A stretch of 63,679 nucleotides of DNA, filler included. It is 4 parts of 4 records of this genome, joined end to end, with 100 filler letters (N's around TTAATTAATTAA, not from the genome) between each part and the next. Parts side by side here need not be neighbours in the genome. Positions count along the whole stretch, not along the records: positions 27,529 to 55,190 come from DRR378314_1785; 3 more parts are not named here. The stretch is one strand, 5' to 3'. Shown in pieces: positions 42,855-52,074 of the stretch (position 1 is the first letter of the stretch; every line of letters starts with the position of its first letter). Below the pieces are notes generated by a model that was not told the origin of the DNA, did not search any database, and saw nothing but the letters and a program-made list of their open reading frames with translations. Made by a program: the position numbers and the translations under genes.

Positions 42855-43030
42855 CAAAGGCCTCTGGTTCATTTGGGCACAATATGAGGTGATCTTGCAG
42901 ACAGACCTAGCACCCGCCTTGCAAAAGGTTTGTTCGGGATAATTTGAAGGTGGCCAAGTTGGACTTGGCCGCACACGCATAGAGGTATATCTATGGGCAT
43001 GAAATTTATTCAGATCGGCGAGGCCCTGCC

Positions 43031-43387
43031 ATGAAAGCCATTGTTTGCACAGCGTTGGTTGCAGCCCTGTTCCTTGGAACGGGTGGAATCGCACAGGCCA
43101 AGTCGCTTTCCCGAATCATTGCGGAAATGGGGTTGAGTCCTGCTGATTTTGAGGTGCTGAGCGCCACGTCAAACGCGTTGTTGTCATCAGGCTCACCTTC
43201 TGTCGGGCAAGAAAGGGCATGGCTTAATCAGGAAACCGGCTCAAAAGGGACGATCCGGGTGCAGAGTGTTCAGGACAACTGTGTGATTCTCCAGCATGTT
43301 GTGCAGCCTGAAGGTGCTGAACAGGCCCGCGATATCAGAACCCGCCGATGCATGACCGCTGACGGTAAATGGATACTGACGCCCTAA
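43031..43387 (+). CDS. Secreted hypothetical protein resembling 17-kDa surface antigen family
   Basis: Signal peptide ending AQA; WLNQETGSKG; Cys pair and C-terminal C...DGKW. Confidence 0.65.
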   Translation: MKAIVCTALVAALFLGTGGIAQAKSLSRIIAEMGLSPADFEVLSATSNALLSSGSPSVGQERAWLNQETGSKGTIRVQSVQDNCVILQHVVQPEGAEQARDIRTRRCMTADGKWILTP

Positions 43388-43601
43388 AGGGTTACCACGG
43401 TGGGTGGGTGACCTCACGCCGTTTTGCTGTTCTGTCTTGGTCGTCGAGCTTTGCCTGCCACCGGGCAGGCATCGCATCGATGCCTGTCCGGCGCATTTCA
43501 CCCGAATGACGTCCCGTCACCCAACTGGACAGCATCATGGCAGCTAAGCCATCCTTGCACACAAGCGAAGGATGCGCGCGAGGAGGCAGAGAGGGATCAA
43601 C

Positions 43602-44837
43602 ATGACCATGACATTCGGACTGCGCGAGGAGAACCGCGCCCTGTTGCGACGAGTTGTCGACATGATCCGGGACGAAGTTGTTCCGCTTGAACAAGCGTAT
43701 CACGCCGAGATCAACACAGGCGATCGCTGGCAATATACCGAGCGTCAGGTCGAGATTCTCGAAGGCCTCAAGGCCAAGGCCAAGGCCGCGGGTTTGTGGA
43801 ACTTCTGGCTGACTGACAGCGACAAGGGCTTTGGACTCAGCACTGTTGAATACGCATATTTCGCTGAAGAGATGGGCAAGACCCCCTTGGGGGCCGAGGT
43901 GTTCAATTGTTCCGCCCCCGATACAGGGAACATGGAAGTATTTGAACGCTACGGGTCCGATGCGATGAAGAAGCAATGGCTGAAACCGTTGCTTGAGGGG
44001 AAAATGCGGTCGGCCTATCTGATGACTGAACCCGATGTGGCCTCGTCCGATGCCACCAATATCTCGATGTCTTGTTTGCGGGACGGCGACGACTACGTTC
44101 TGAATGGCGAGAAATGGTGGGCGTCGGGGGCAGGCGATCCGCGCTGCAAGGTTTACATCGTGATGGTCAAAACCGGCGGTGAGGATCTGCCCAAACACCA
44201 GCGTCAGTCGATGATCGTGGTGCCAGCGGACACGAATGGGATTGAGGTGCTGCGCCCGATGGAGGTTTATGGCCACGACGATGCACCCCATGGGCATATG
44301 CACATCCGCTTCACGAATGTCCGGGTTCCAGCCGAGAACATTCTGCTGGGCGAGGGGCGTGGATTCGAGATCGCGCAGGGCCGGTTGGGGCCAGGGCGGA
44401 TTCACCATTGCATGCGCGCAATTGGTCAGGCCGAGGCCGCGCTTGAGCAGATGTGCAAGCGATCGCTGCAGCGCCAGGCGTTCGGCAAGAAACTGGCTCA
44501 GTTAGGTGCAAACTACGACATCATCGCCGAATGCCGGATGGAGATCGAAATGGCTCGCCTGCTGTGTCTTAAGGCGGCGTGGTTCATGGATCAGGGTGAT
44601 GCGCGGGCAGCGGCGCCGTGGATCAGCCAGATCAAGGTTGTGGCGCCCAAGGTCGCGCTGAAGGTGATTGATCAGGCCGTTCAGATGTTTGGTGCGCAGG
44701 GCATTAGTCAGGATACTCCGCTGGCCAATGCCTGGACCCATGTGCGCACTCTGCGTTTGGCGGATGGGCCGGATGCGGTGCACCGCCGACAGGTCGCGCG
44801 AGCCGAATTGAAGAAATACACGCAGGAAAAAGTCTGA
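43602..44837 (+). CDS. Acyl-CoA dehydrogenase
   Basis: NCSAPDTGNMEV, MTEPDVASSDATN, QGRLGPGRIHHCMR, LADGPDAVH. Confidence 0.95.
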   Translation: MTMTFGLREENRALLRRVVDMIRDEVVPLEQAYHAEINTGDRWQYTERQVEILEGLKAKAKAAGLWNFWLTDSDKGFGLSTVEYAYFAEEMGKTPLGAEVFNCSAPDTGNMEVFERYGSDAMKKQWLKPLLEGKMRSAYLMTEPDVASSDATNISMSCLRDGDDYVLNGEKWWASGAGDPRCKVYIVMVKTGGEDLPKHQRQSMIVVPADTNGIEVLRPMEVYGHDDAPHGHMHIRFTNVRVPAENILLGEGRGFEIAQGRLGPGRIHHCMRAIGQAEAALEQMCKRSLQRQAFGKKLAQLGANYDIIAECRMEIEMARLLCLKAAWFMDQGDARAAAPWISQIKVVAPKVALKVIDQAVQMFGAQGISQDTPLANAWTHVRTLRLADGPDAVHRRQVARAELKKYTQEKV

Positions 44838-44852
44838 GGCGACCGGAATAAG

Positions 44853-45653
44853 ATGACAGTGGATAGGCTGGGGCAGGCGTATTTTCACCAAAATGCGCAG
44901 GGTGTGTTTGTGGGCAATGATCCGGCGCGCGGGCCGTGGTCTGCGGATCACTGCCATGCCGGGCCGGTTAGCGGCCTGATCGTGCGCGCGGCAGAGACCG
45001 AGGTTGGCCCCGAGAAGATGCTGACCCGGCTAACGGTCGATCTGTTGCGCCCGCTGCCTTTGGCTGGACTGCGGGTCGCGGCCGAGGCCACGCGCCATAC
45101 CAGAACGCTGGCGACCACGCGGGTCACGGTGCATGATCTGGACGATACACTCTGCGCCACGGCGAGCACCATGCATTTGGTGCGCAGACATCTCGGGGAT
45201 GTGCCTAATGTCAATCTGCCCACACCTCGTGTCGAGGATATGGTCGATGGTCCCTTTCCAATCGGTGAGATGCGGCATGATCTGCCTGGCTTCGCCCATC
45301 ATTCTCAGATCGGCTATCCCGTAGGCGGCAATCAAGGGGCAGGCCCCAAAACGGTGTGGATGCGCACGCCGCCGTTGCTGGAAGGCGAAGACCCGTCGCC
45401 CATTCAGGCTTTGTGCCCTCTCGCCGATTGCGGCAACGGCATATCCTGGAACGCGCCTACGACCGAGATGGGCTTCATGAACACTGACCTGACGGTTCAG
45501 ATACACCGAGAACCTGTTTCGTTCTGGCTGGTCTCGGATTCGATTTCGCATTGGCAGCCTTCGGGGATCGGCATGTCGCAGTCGGTGTTGTTTGACACGC
45601 AGGGCCCTGTGGGAACGGCACTGCAAACGCTGGTCCTGTTTCCGCCCGAATAA
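44853..45653 (+). CDS. Acyl-CoA thioesterase family protein (double hotdog)
   Basis: RGPWS...HAGP, RLTVDLLRP, ADCGNG, FMNTDLTV. Confidence 0.85.
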   Translation: MTVDRLGQAYFHQNAQGVFVGNDPARGPWSADHCHAGPVSGLIVRAAETEVGPEKMLTRLTVDLLRPLPLAGLRVAAEATRHTRTLATTRVTVHDLDDTLCATASTMHLVRRHLGDVPNVNLPTPRVEDMVDGPFPIGEMRHDLPGFAHHSQIGYPVGGNQGAGPKTVWMRTPPLLEGEDPSPIQALCPLADCGNGISWNAPTTEMGFMNTDLTVQIHREPVSFWLVSDSISHWQPSGIGMSQSVLFDTQGPVGTALQTLVLFPPE

Positions 45654-45723
45654 GGCGGCAGGTTTCTGCACGATCATGTGTATTCGGATTGCCGACACCT
45701 GCCGCGCGTCCTATCTTCGACCC

Positions 45724-46371
45724 ATGCGTTGGCTTGTCTTCTTACTTTCCTGCTTGCTGCCGGTATCGGCACAGTCTCACCCGCATGTCTTCATAGACAC
45801 CGGGCTGGAATTCATCGTCGACGATGTAGGCAATCTGAGCCATGTGCGGGTGACCTGGGCCTATGATGAATTCTACTCATTACTGGTTCTGGAAGACATG
45901 CGACTGGATCAGGATGGCGATGGCGTGCTGGCAGAGTCGGAAGAACAATTCCTGAGCGGCTTCGATGCACAATGGGTTGAAGGCTATAACGGCGATCTAG
46001 TCATTCGGATGGGTGATACAGTAATCCCATTATCCGGCCCGTTAGAGCCGCATGCCACAACCGAGGATGCGCGCATCGTCACCACTCATCTACGCGCAGT
46101 GGAAGGTGGGTCTGTTCCGGCCAGCGCCTTGTCGATCAAGGCCTTCGACGAAAGCTTTTATACGGCCTACGAGGTGACCCGACCCGTGACCGTCTCAGGG
46201 TCTGTTGATTGCCAAATAGAACGCAGCGATCCCGATATCGACGCAGAGCTGGCCCAGATGCAGGCGTTCTTGCGGACGCTGGACGCCGATTATGACCTTG
46301 AGGAAAACGATATTCCGATGGTCGGTGAGAAATTCGCAACCGAGATCATGCTTTCATGTCCCGCTACCTGA
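45724..46371 (+). CDS. DUF1007-family periplasmic protein
   Basis: Signal peptide then HPHVFID, W.YDEFYS, EF-hand-like DQDGDGVL, FDESFY. Confidence 0.85.
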   Translation: MRWLVFLLSCLLPVSAQSHPHVFIDTGLEFIVDDVGNLSHVRVTWAYDEFYSLLVLEDMRLDQDGDGVLAESEEQFLSGFDAQWVEGYNGDLVIRMGDTVIPLSGPLEPHATTEDARIVTTHLRAVEGGSVPASALSIKAFDESFYTAYEVTRPVTVSGSVDCQIERSDPDIDAELAQMQAFLRTLDADYDLEENDIPMVGEKFATEIMLSCPAT

Positions 46372-47291
46372 TTGTTCCCGTCGCCATCGCTTGCGGGTTG
46401 CTCCTGTGGTTCTGGGGCAGTGGTGGTTTTGATCATCTGGCTGCCTGGGCCGCCGGAGAGCAGCGGGATTTCCAGAACCAGATCGCCCGCGCCTTGCGCG
46501 CTGCACGCGCCGAACAGCCTGAAGCCATCGCTACGCTACTGACCGTCTGTTTTGCCTATGGATTTTTTCATGCCATCGGACCGGGCCATGGCAAGGTTCT
46601 GATCGGAGGTTATGGGCTGGGCCGTCAGGTCGCGTTCTGGCGCCTGTCCGCTATCAGCGTCCTGTCGAGCCTAGGTCAAGCCGTCACAGCTGTTGTGCTG
46701 GTTTATGCGGGCGTGTTGGTGTTCCAAATGTCGCGCGAGTCGTTGGTGGGTACCACTGAACAGGTCATGGCACCAATCAGTTATGGCGCAATTGCCGCGA
46801 TCGGCTTGTGGCTGATCTTTCGTGCGCTCCGTAGCTTTGTGCGACGCCACAAAGGACAGCCTGTGCACAGCCACGACCACCATCACCACGTGCATGATCA
46901 TGACCATGATCACGAACATGGGGTCTGCTCGGATTGCGGCCACCGCCATGGCCCAACTGCTGAAGAGGTCGCTCAGGTCGGCAACCTGCGCGAGGCGTTG
47001 GTTTTGATAGCAGGCATCGCTGCACGCCCCTGTACCGGGGCGTTATTTGTGCTGATCCTAACTTGGCAGATGGGTATCGCGATGGTTGGTATCGCCGGAG
47101 CGTTCGCCATGGCGCTAGGCACCGCAATGGTCACCACGCTGGTCGGTTGGACGTCGTTCGGACTGCGCGGAGGGTTGCTGGCCTCGGCCTCGGCCACACG
47201 ATTTGCGTCGGTACTGGCCCCGACCATCGAACTGATGGCAGGCCTCATCATTGCTGTGATTGCAAGCGGGTTGTTGCTGCGGGCTCTGTAA
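46356..47291 (+). CDS. Nickel/cobalt transporter (RcnA/NiCoT-like)
   Basis: YGFFHAIGPGHGK, His-rich loop HSHDHHHHVHDHDHDHEH, RPCTGA. Confidence 0.9.
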   Translation: MSRYLIVPVAIACGLLLWFWGSGGFDHLAAWAAGEQRDFQNQIARALRAARAEQPEAIATLLTVCFAYGFFHAIGPGHGKVLIGGYGLGRQVAFWRLSAISVLSSLGQAVTAVVLVYAGVLVFQMSRESLVGTTEQVMAPISYGAIAAIGLWLIFRALRSFVRRHKGQPVHSHDHHHHVHDHDHDHEHGVCSDCGHRHGPTAEEVAQVGNLREALVLIAGIAARPCTGALFVLILTWQMGIAMVGIAGAFAMALGTAMVTTLVGWTSFGLRGGLLASASATRFASVLAPTIELMAGLIIAVIASGLLLRAL

Positions 47292-47293
47292 CT

Positions 47294-48061
47294 TTAGTCG
47301 AATACCGGGTCAGGATACCCGACCCGCGCCAGATAGAGCCCCTGTGGCGGACAAACTGGCCCGCAGGCGGCGCGGTCAACTGCCTCAAGCGCTGCGCGTA
47401 CGTCGCCGGGTAACCAAGACCCGGCTCCAACACGTTCCAACGTGCCAACGAAGCTGCGCACCTGATTGTGCAGGAACGATCGGGCGCGAACGTGGAAATG
47501 GATTTCGGGACCCGAGAAACCTTGCACCTGCTCGACACGCAACTCATCCAGCGTTTTGACCGGACTGGCCGCCTGACAGATGGTGGATCGGAAGGTGGTG
47601 AAATCATGCCGCCCAATCAGCATATCGGCACCGGCCTGCATCGCCGCGACATCCAGCTGATGACCAATCTGCCAGACCTGCCCCCGCTCATGCGTTGCAG
47701 GCGCTCGGCGCATCAAGATGCGGAACAGATACTGCCGTTCTAGCGCTGAAAAGCGCGCGTGCCAGTCGTCATCAACCCGCGCGGCTCTGACGATGGCGAC
47801 CGGCTGCGGTTTGAGGTGATAGTTCAATGCCTCGGACAGGCGGAACGGATCCCACTCTTTGACCAGATCGCAATGGGCTACTTGCCCCAACGCATGAACG
47901 CCCGCATCCGTGCGACCAGCGGCGGCGATCGCGTGCTCACCGGGTTCGATCCGCGACAGAGCCTGCTCAATCGCGCCCTGAACCGAGGGCAACTCTTTCT
48001 GCCGCTGCCATCCGGCGAACGGTTCCCCTTGGTATTCGACTTTCAGCGCGTATCTGGGCAT
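47294..48061 (-). CDS. truA: tRNA pseudouridine(38-40) synthase
   Basis: [30 protein letters not shown]. Confidence 0.97.
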   Translation of the reverse strand: MPRYALKVEYQGEPFAGWQRQKELPSVQGAIEQALSRIEPGEHAIAAAGRTDAGVHALGQVAHCDLVKEWDPFRLSEALNYHLKPQPVAIVRAARVDDDWHARFSALERQYLFRILMRRAPATHERGQVWQIGHQLDVAAMQAGADMLIGRHDFTTFRSTICQAASPVKTLDELRVEQVQGFSGPEIHFHVRARSFLHNQVRSFVGTLERVGAGSWLPGDVRAALEAVDRAACGPVCPPQGLYLARVGYPDPVFD

Positions 48062-48169
48062 AGGGCGCTGGTAGCGCGCCGCGCGCGAACGAGCAAGAGG
48101 GGCAATACCTCTGGCATGTGCTGCGACCGCTACCTATCTTGGGACAAACGATAATTGCGGGGCGACAGT

Positions 48170-49585
48170 TTGGTCATCTCATCATTGGCAGACAGTCTGG
48201 TGCGCGGAGTTGAATCTGTGGGCGATCGCGTGTCCGAGGCGTTTTTTGAACCGGTCATCCGGATTGGCGTCACCGGATTGGCGCGGTCTGGCAAGACCGT
48301 GTTCATCACGTCGCTGGTGGCCAACCTACTGGACCGGGGTCGTATGACAGGCCTTGTGGCGCAGCAAGAAGGACGGATCACCGCCAGCTACCTGCAGCCG
48401 CAGCCCGACGACACCGTGCCCCGATTCGATTTTGAATCCCACCTGTCAGCGCTGACCGGCACCTCGCCGCACTGGCCCGATAGTACACGCGCCGTGTCAG
48501 AGCTGCGCCTGTCGTTCAAGGTACAGCCTGCCGGTTTGCTATCGGGGCTGCAGGGGCCACGCACGTTGCACCTGGACATCGTGGATTATCCCGGTGAGTG
48601 GCTGCTGGATCTGGCCTTGCTGGATAAATCCTACGAGGCATGGTCGCGGGATACACTGGAACATATCGCAAACCGCCCGCAAGCCGAGGCATTTCTGGCA
48701 ACCGCTCAGGCGGTCGATCCAACCGCCCCACATGATGAGCCACAGGCCCAGGACCTCGCCCGCAGGTTCACCGACTACCTGAACGCCGCGCGAGAGGCCG
48801 GGTTCTATGACTGCACCCCCGGTCGGTTCCTTCTGCCGGGGGATCTCGCAGGTTCCCCTGTGCTGACCTTCGCGCCTTTGCCGGTGTCCGAGGCGTCCCG
48901 CCGCCGCTCGCTGCACCGCGAGATGGAGCGGCGGTATGAGGCCTATAAGGCACGTGTGGTCAAACCGTTCTTTCGTGACCATTTCGCACGGATCGACCGC
49001 CAGATCGTTCTGGTTGATGCACTTGGTGCAATTCACAAGGGGCCGCAAGCGGTTGAGGATATGCGCCGTGCGATGGCTGATATCCTGTCGGCCTTTCGCC
49101 CGGGTCGCAATGCATGGCTGAACAAGCTGCTGCTGGGCAAACGGGTCGAGCGCATTCTGTTCGCCGCGACAAAGGCCGATCACCTGCATCACCTGCAGCA
49201 TCCACGCCTGACCGCGATTATCGAGGCTTTGACCCGTGAGGCGCGCGATCGCGCCAGCTTTGCCGGGGCCGAGACAGCGGCCCTGTCGCTGGCCTCACTC
49301 CGTACCACAACCGAAGAGATGCGCAGCCACAACGGTGACGCGTTGCCTTGTGTGCGCGGCACCCTGTTGGATAGCGGTAAGCAGGCGGCCTTTTACCCCG
49401 GCGATCTGCCAGAAGACCCGGCCCATTTGTTGGGCCCCGCACGGAATGGGGCCGAGGGTTGGTTGGGCGAGGATTATGGTTATATGGCCTTCGCACCCGC
49501 ACATCTGACGCTGAACCCCGGCGATGGCCCTCCGCATATTCGGCTGGACCGGGCCGCACAGTTCCTGATCGGAGACCGGCTGTGA
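48170..49585 (+). CDS. YcjX-family P-loop protein
   Basis: IGVTGLARSGKTVFITSLV, DIVDYPGEWLLDL, FAATKADH, PHIRLD; TTG start uncertain. Confidence 0.92.
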   Translation: MVISSLADSLVRGVESVGDRVSEAFFEPVIRIGVTGLARSGKTVFITSLVANLLDRGRMTGLVAQQEGRITASYLQPQPDDTVPRFDFESHLSALTGTSPHWPDSTRAVSELRLSFKVQPAGLLSGLQGPRTLHLDIVDYPGEWLLDLALLDKSYEAWSRDTLEHIANRPQAEAFLATAQAVDPTAPHDEPQAQDLARRFTDYLNAAREAGFYDCTPGRFLLPGDLAGSPVLTFAPLPVSEASRRRSLHREMERRYEAYKARVVKPFFRDHFARIDRQIVLVDALGAIHKGPQAVEDMRRAMADILSAFRPGRNAWLNKLLLGKRVERILFAATKADHLHHLQHPRLTAIIEALTREARDRASFAGAETAALSLASLRTTTEEMRSHNGDALPCVRGTLLDSGKQAAFYPGDLPEDPAHLLGPARNGAEGWLGEDYGYMAFAPAHLTLNPGDGPPHIRLDRAAQFLIGDRL

Positions 49586-50037
49586 CTGTCGCTCTTCGCC
49601 CCGCGCGTAGTACCGATGCCGGTACCATGGGCGCAATTCTTCACGGGTTCGCACGCGAAAACGAGTGGATGCCGGAACTGCACAGCCAGGCCGAGACTAT
49701 CGCGTTTTGTGGCCGGATGATTGATCTGGGATGGGTCACAGTGGCTGAGATGCAAGGGCAGGTGGCCGGATTTCTGGCGCTGAACCGGGATGAGGTGCAC
49801 TCGCTCTATCTGGTGGATCATGCGCGCGGGCAGGGGATCGGGCAGCAATTGCTGGATCACACGAAGGCTCAGCGACCCGAACTTAGTCTGTTTGCGTTTG
49901 AAGCAAATCACCGGGCTTGCCGGTTCTATGAACGCAACGGGTTTGTCGAGGTTGCGCGCAGCGACGGCTCGGAAAATGACGAAAATCTGCCGGACATCAA
50001 ATATGTCTGGACACGCAAGGAGGCGGTCGATGGCTAA
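49582..50037 (+). CDS. GNAT-family N-acetyltransferase
   Basis: LYLVDHARGQGIGQQLL, NHRACRFYERNGF, ENDENLPD; overlaps the ycjX stop (GTGA). Confidence 0.88.
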   Translation: MTVALRPARSTDAGTMGAILHGFARENEWMPELHSQAETIAFCGRMIDLGWVTVAEMQGQVAGFLALNRDEVHSLYLVDHARGQGIGQQLLDHTKAQRPELSLFAFEANHRACRFYERNGFVEVARSDGSENDENLPDIKYVWTRKEAVDG

Positions 50038-51019
50038 AGGTCCGGTTCTGATTGATCTGGAAGACGACATGCCAGCAACTGATGTCTCAACCGCGCCGCC
50101 GGTGCCTGATATTGCGCCGCGGCAAGGGCAGGCGATGCAGACAGCAGTTCAGTTCGCGGCCCGGAAACCTTCGGTTTTGGCGCGATGGTTCTGGGGGCTG
50201 GCCGTTGCGGTCGTGGGTGCGGTTGTCTCGGTTGCCGCGTGGGATTTTGCCGTCTCATTGCTGGAACGTGCACCAGTTCTGGGATCGATTGTCACCGGTC
50301 TGATCGGGGCGTTGCTGCTGGTCGTGCTGGTCATCGCGCTGCGCGAATTGGCGGCGATCAGTCGCCTGTCTCGCGTGGACGGGTTGCGACGTGCCGCCGA
50401 TACTGCGCTGATAGATGAGGACCTTTCACAAGCGCGTGCCGTCACCAATCGCCTGATCACCTTCTACAAAGGACGCGAAGAAACCCGCTGGGGCCGCGAC
50501 CGTTTGAACGAGCGGATGAGCGAACAATTCGATGCCGCAACCCTTTTGACATTGGCCGAAGATGAGCTTCTGGCCCCACTGGACGCAGCCGCCAGCCGCG
50601 AGGTCGAGGCCGCAGCCCGGCAGGTCGCGACCGTGACCGCTCTGGTCCCGCTGGCGCTGGCTGATGTTGCGACCGCGCTGGCAAGCTCTCTGCGCATGAT
50701 ACGACGCATTGCCGAGATTTATGGCGGGCGGGCAGGCTTTTTGGGCAGTTGGCGCCTGACCCGTGCTGTGTTTGTACATCTGGTCGCAACTGGCGCCGTG
50801 GCAGTCGGGGATGATTTGCTGGAGCCGATTCTTGGCGGATCAGTCCTTAGCAAACTATCCCGCCGGTTCGGCGAGGGTCTGGTCAATGGTGCGTTGACGG
50901 CCCGCGTGGGTGTGGCCGCGATGGAGGTCTGCCGACCTTTGCCTTTCTCAAAACGCCACAAACCCTCGACACGGGGCATGATCAAACGCGCACTCAGCGG
51001 GTTGTTTTCTAAGACTTGA
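50030..51019 (+). CDS. YcjF-family membrane protein (DUF697)
   Basis: Two N-terminal TM segments; LSRRFGEGLVNGALTARVGVAAMEVCRPLPF. Confidence 0.9.
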   Translation: MAKGPVLIDLEDDMPATDVSTAPPVPDIAPRQGQAMQTAVQFAARKPSVLARWFWGLAVAVVGAVVSVAAWDFAVSLLERAPVLGSIVTGLIGALLLVVLVIALRELAAISRLSRVDGLRRAADTALIDEDLSQARAVTNRLITFYKGREETRWGRDRLNERMSEQFDAATLLTLAEDELLAPLDAAASREVEAAARQVATVTALVPLALADVATALASSLRMIRRIAEIYGGRAGFLGSWRLTRAVFVHLVATGAVAVGDDLLEPILGGSVLSKLSRRFGEGLVNGALTARVGVAAMEVCRPLPFSKRHKPSTRGMIKRALSGLFSKT

Positions 51020-51073
51020 TCTGACGCAAGGCCGTGGCTGGCGCGATCCTGCATAAACAGGGGGGAGCCAGCC

Positions 51074-51784
51074 ATGACCGAACACGGCCACAGCCAGCAA
51101 GAGATTTCCGACCGGATTAACACCCCTCCGGGTCGTGGGGTGCTACGCGATGTGGTCTATGGCGGTATTGACGGCTCGGTCACGACCTTTGCCATTGTTG
51201 CAGGGGTGGCCGGAGCGGGCCTGTCGCCGTTTGTTATCGTGGCACTTGGGCTGGCCAATGTGCTGGCGGATGGGTTCTCTATGGCTGCGGGGAATTACTC
51301 GGGGACCAAGGCCGAGCTGGATAACATCCATCGCATCCGAGACATCGAAGAACGGCATATCCGGCTTTATCCGGACGGAGAGCGCAAGGAGGTGCGCGAA
51401 ATTCTTGCGCAAAAAGGCCTGTCGGGCAGTGTTCTGGATGAGGCGACCGGCGAGATTACATCCAACCACGACAACTGGATCAACCTGATGATCGAGGGCG
51501 AATATGGGCTCGGCAGCGTCGAGCCGCACCCGATCAAGGCTGCGATAGCGACATTCTTTGCCTTTTTGGTCGCGGGGATGATCCCGTTGCTGCCATTCCT
51601 TTTTTCGATCGAGGGCGCGTTCACCGTTTCAGCCTGGATGACGGCGGGTGTGTTCTTTGCGATCGGCGCAATGAAAAGCCGTTGGTCTCTTGCACCTTGG
51701 TGGCGATCAGGGGGCGAAACACTCCTGATCGGTGGTTTGGCCGCTGGGATCGCCTTCTGGGTCGGCTCTTGGTTCCATCCGTGA
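51074..51784 (+). CDS. VIT1/CCC1-family Fe/Mn transporter
   Basis: DVVYGGIDGSVTTFAIVAG, ADGFSMAAGNY. Confidence 0.9.
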   Translation: MTEHGHSQQEISDRINTPPGRGVLRDVVYGGIDGSVTTFAIVAGVAGAGLSPFVIVALGLANVLADGFSMAAGNYSGTKAELDNIHRIRDIEERHIRLYPDGERKEVREILAQKGLSGSVLDEATGEITSNHDNWINLMIEGEYGLGSVEPHPIKAAIATFFAFLVAGMIPLLPFLFSIEGAFTVSAWMTAGVFFAIGAMKSRWSLAPWWRSGGETLLIGGLAAGIAFWVGSWFHP

Positions 51785-51942
51785 AAGGTGCAGTTGTCGC
51801 AGGCTGCAGTTGCTGTTTTTACCTGGTTGCGGCTACATTGACGATGCCAGAGCTTTGGCAAGACCCGCTGGGGCCGCTGGTCAAGATTTTGCCAGCTTTG
51901 ATGCTGTCACTGATCGCTCAACCCATGTTGCGGAGCAGTTAG
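51781..51942 (+). pseudogene. C-terminal remnant of a DoxX-like (DoxX_3) membrane protein
   Basis: YLVAATLTMPELWQDPLGPLVKILP resembles the DoxX_3 C-terminal motif; no N-terminal part present. Confidence 0.55.
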
Positions 51943-52074
51943 TGGGCCCAGACCCCTTCCTGCGCTGGTTTAAGCAAACCTTCAGGGCAACATACGGTAA
52001 TCATGTGGGATTCCGGACTATTCACCCACTGGCCACCACGATAGGTTTGATGCATCACACCCCGGAGGTTTCAG

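Noticed and set aside
43392-44408. 338-aa minus-strand ORF, and similar long antisense ORFs such as 2298-3113, 4027-4770 and 37334-38089
   Set aside because: They are shadows of well-supported genes on the opposite strand in GC-rich DNA and show no recognisable motifs.
46866-46920. CAC/CAT/GAT-rich low-complexity stretch
   Set aside because: Explained by the His-rich metal-binding loop of the Ni/Co transporter; triplet periodicity, not a DNA element.
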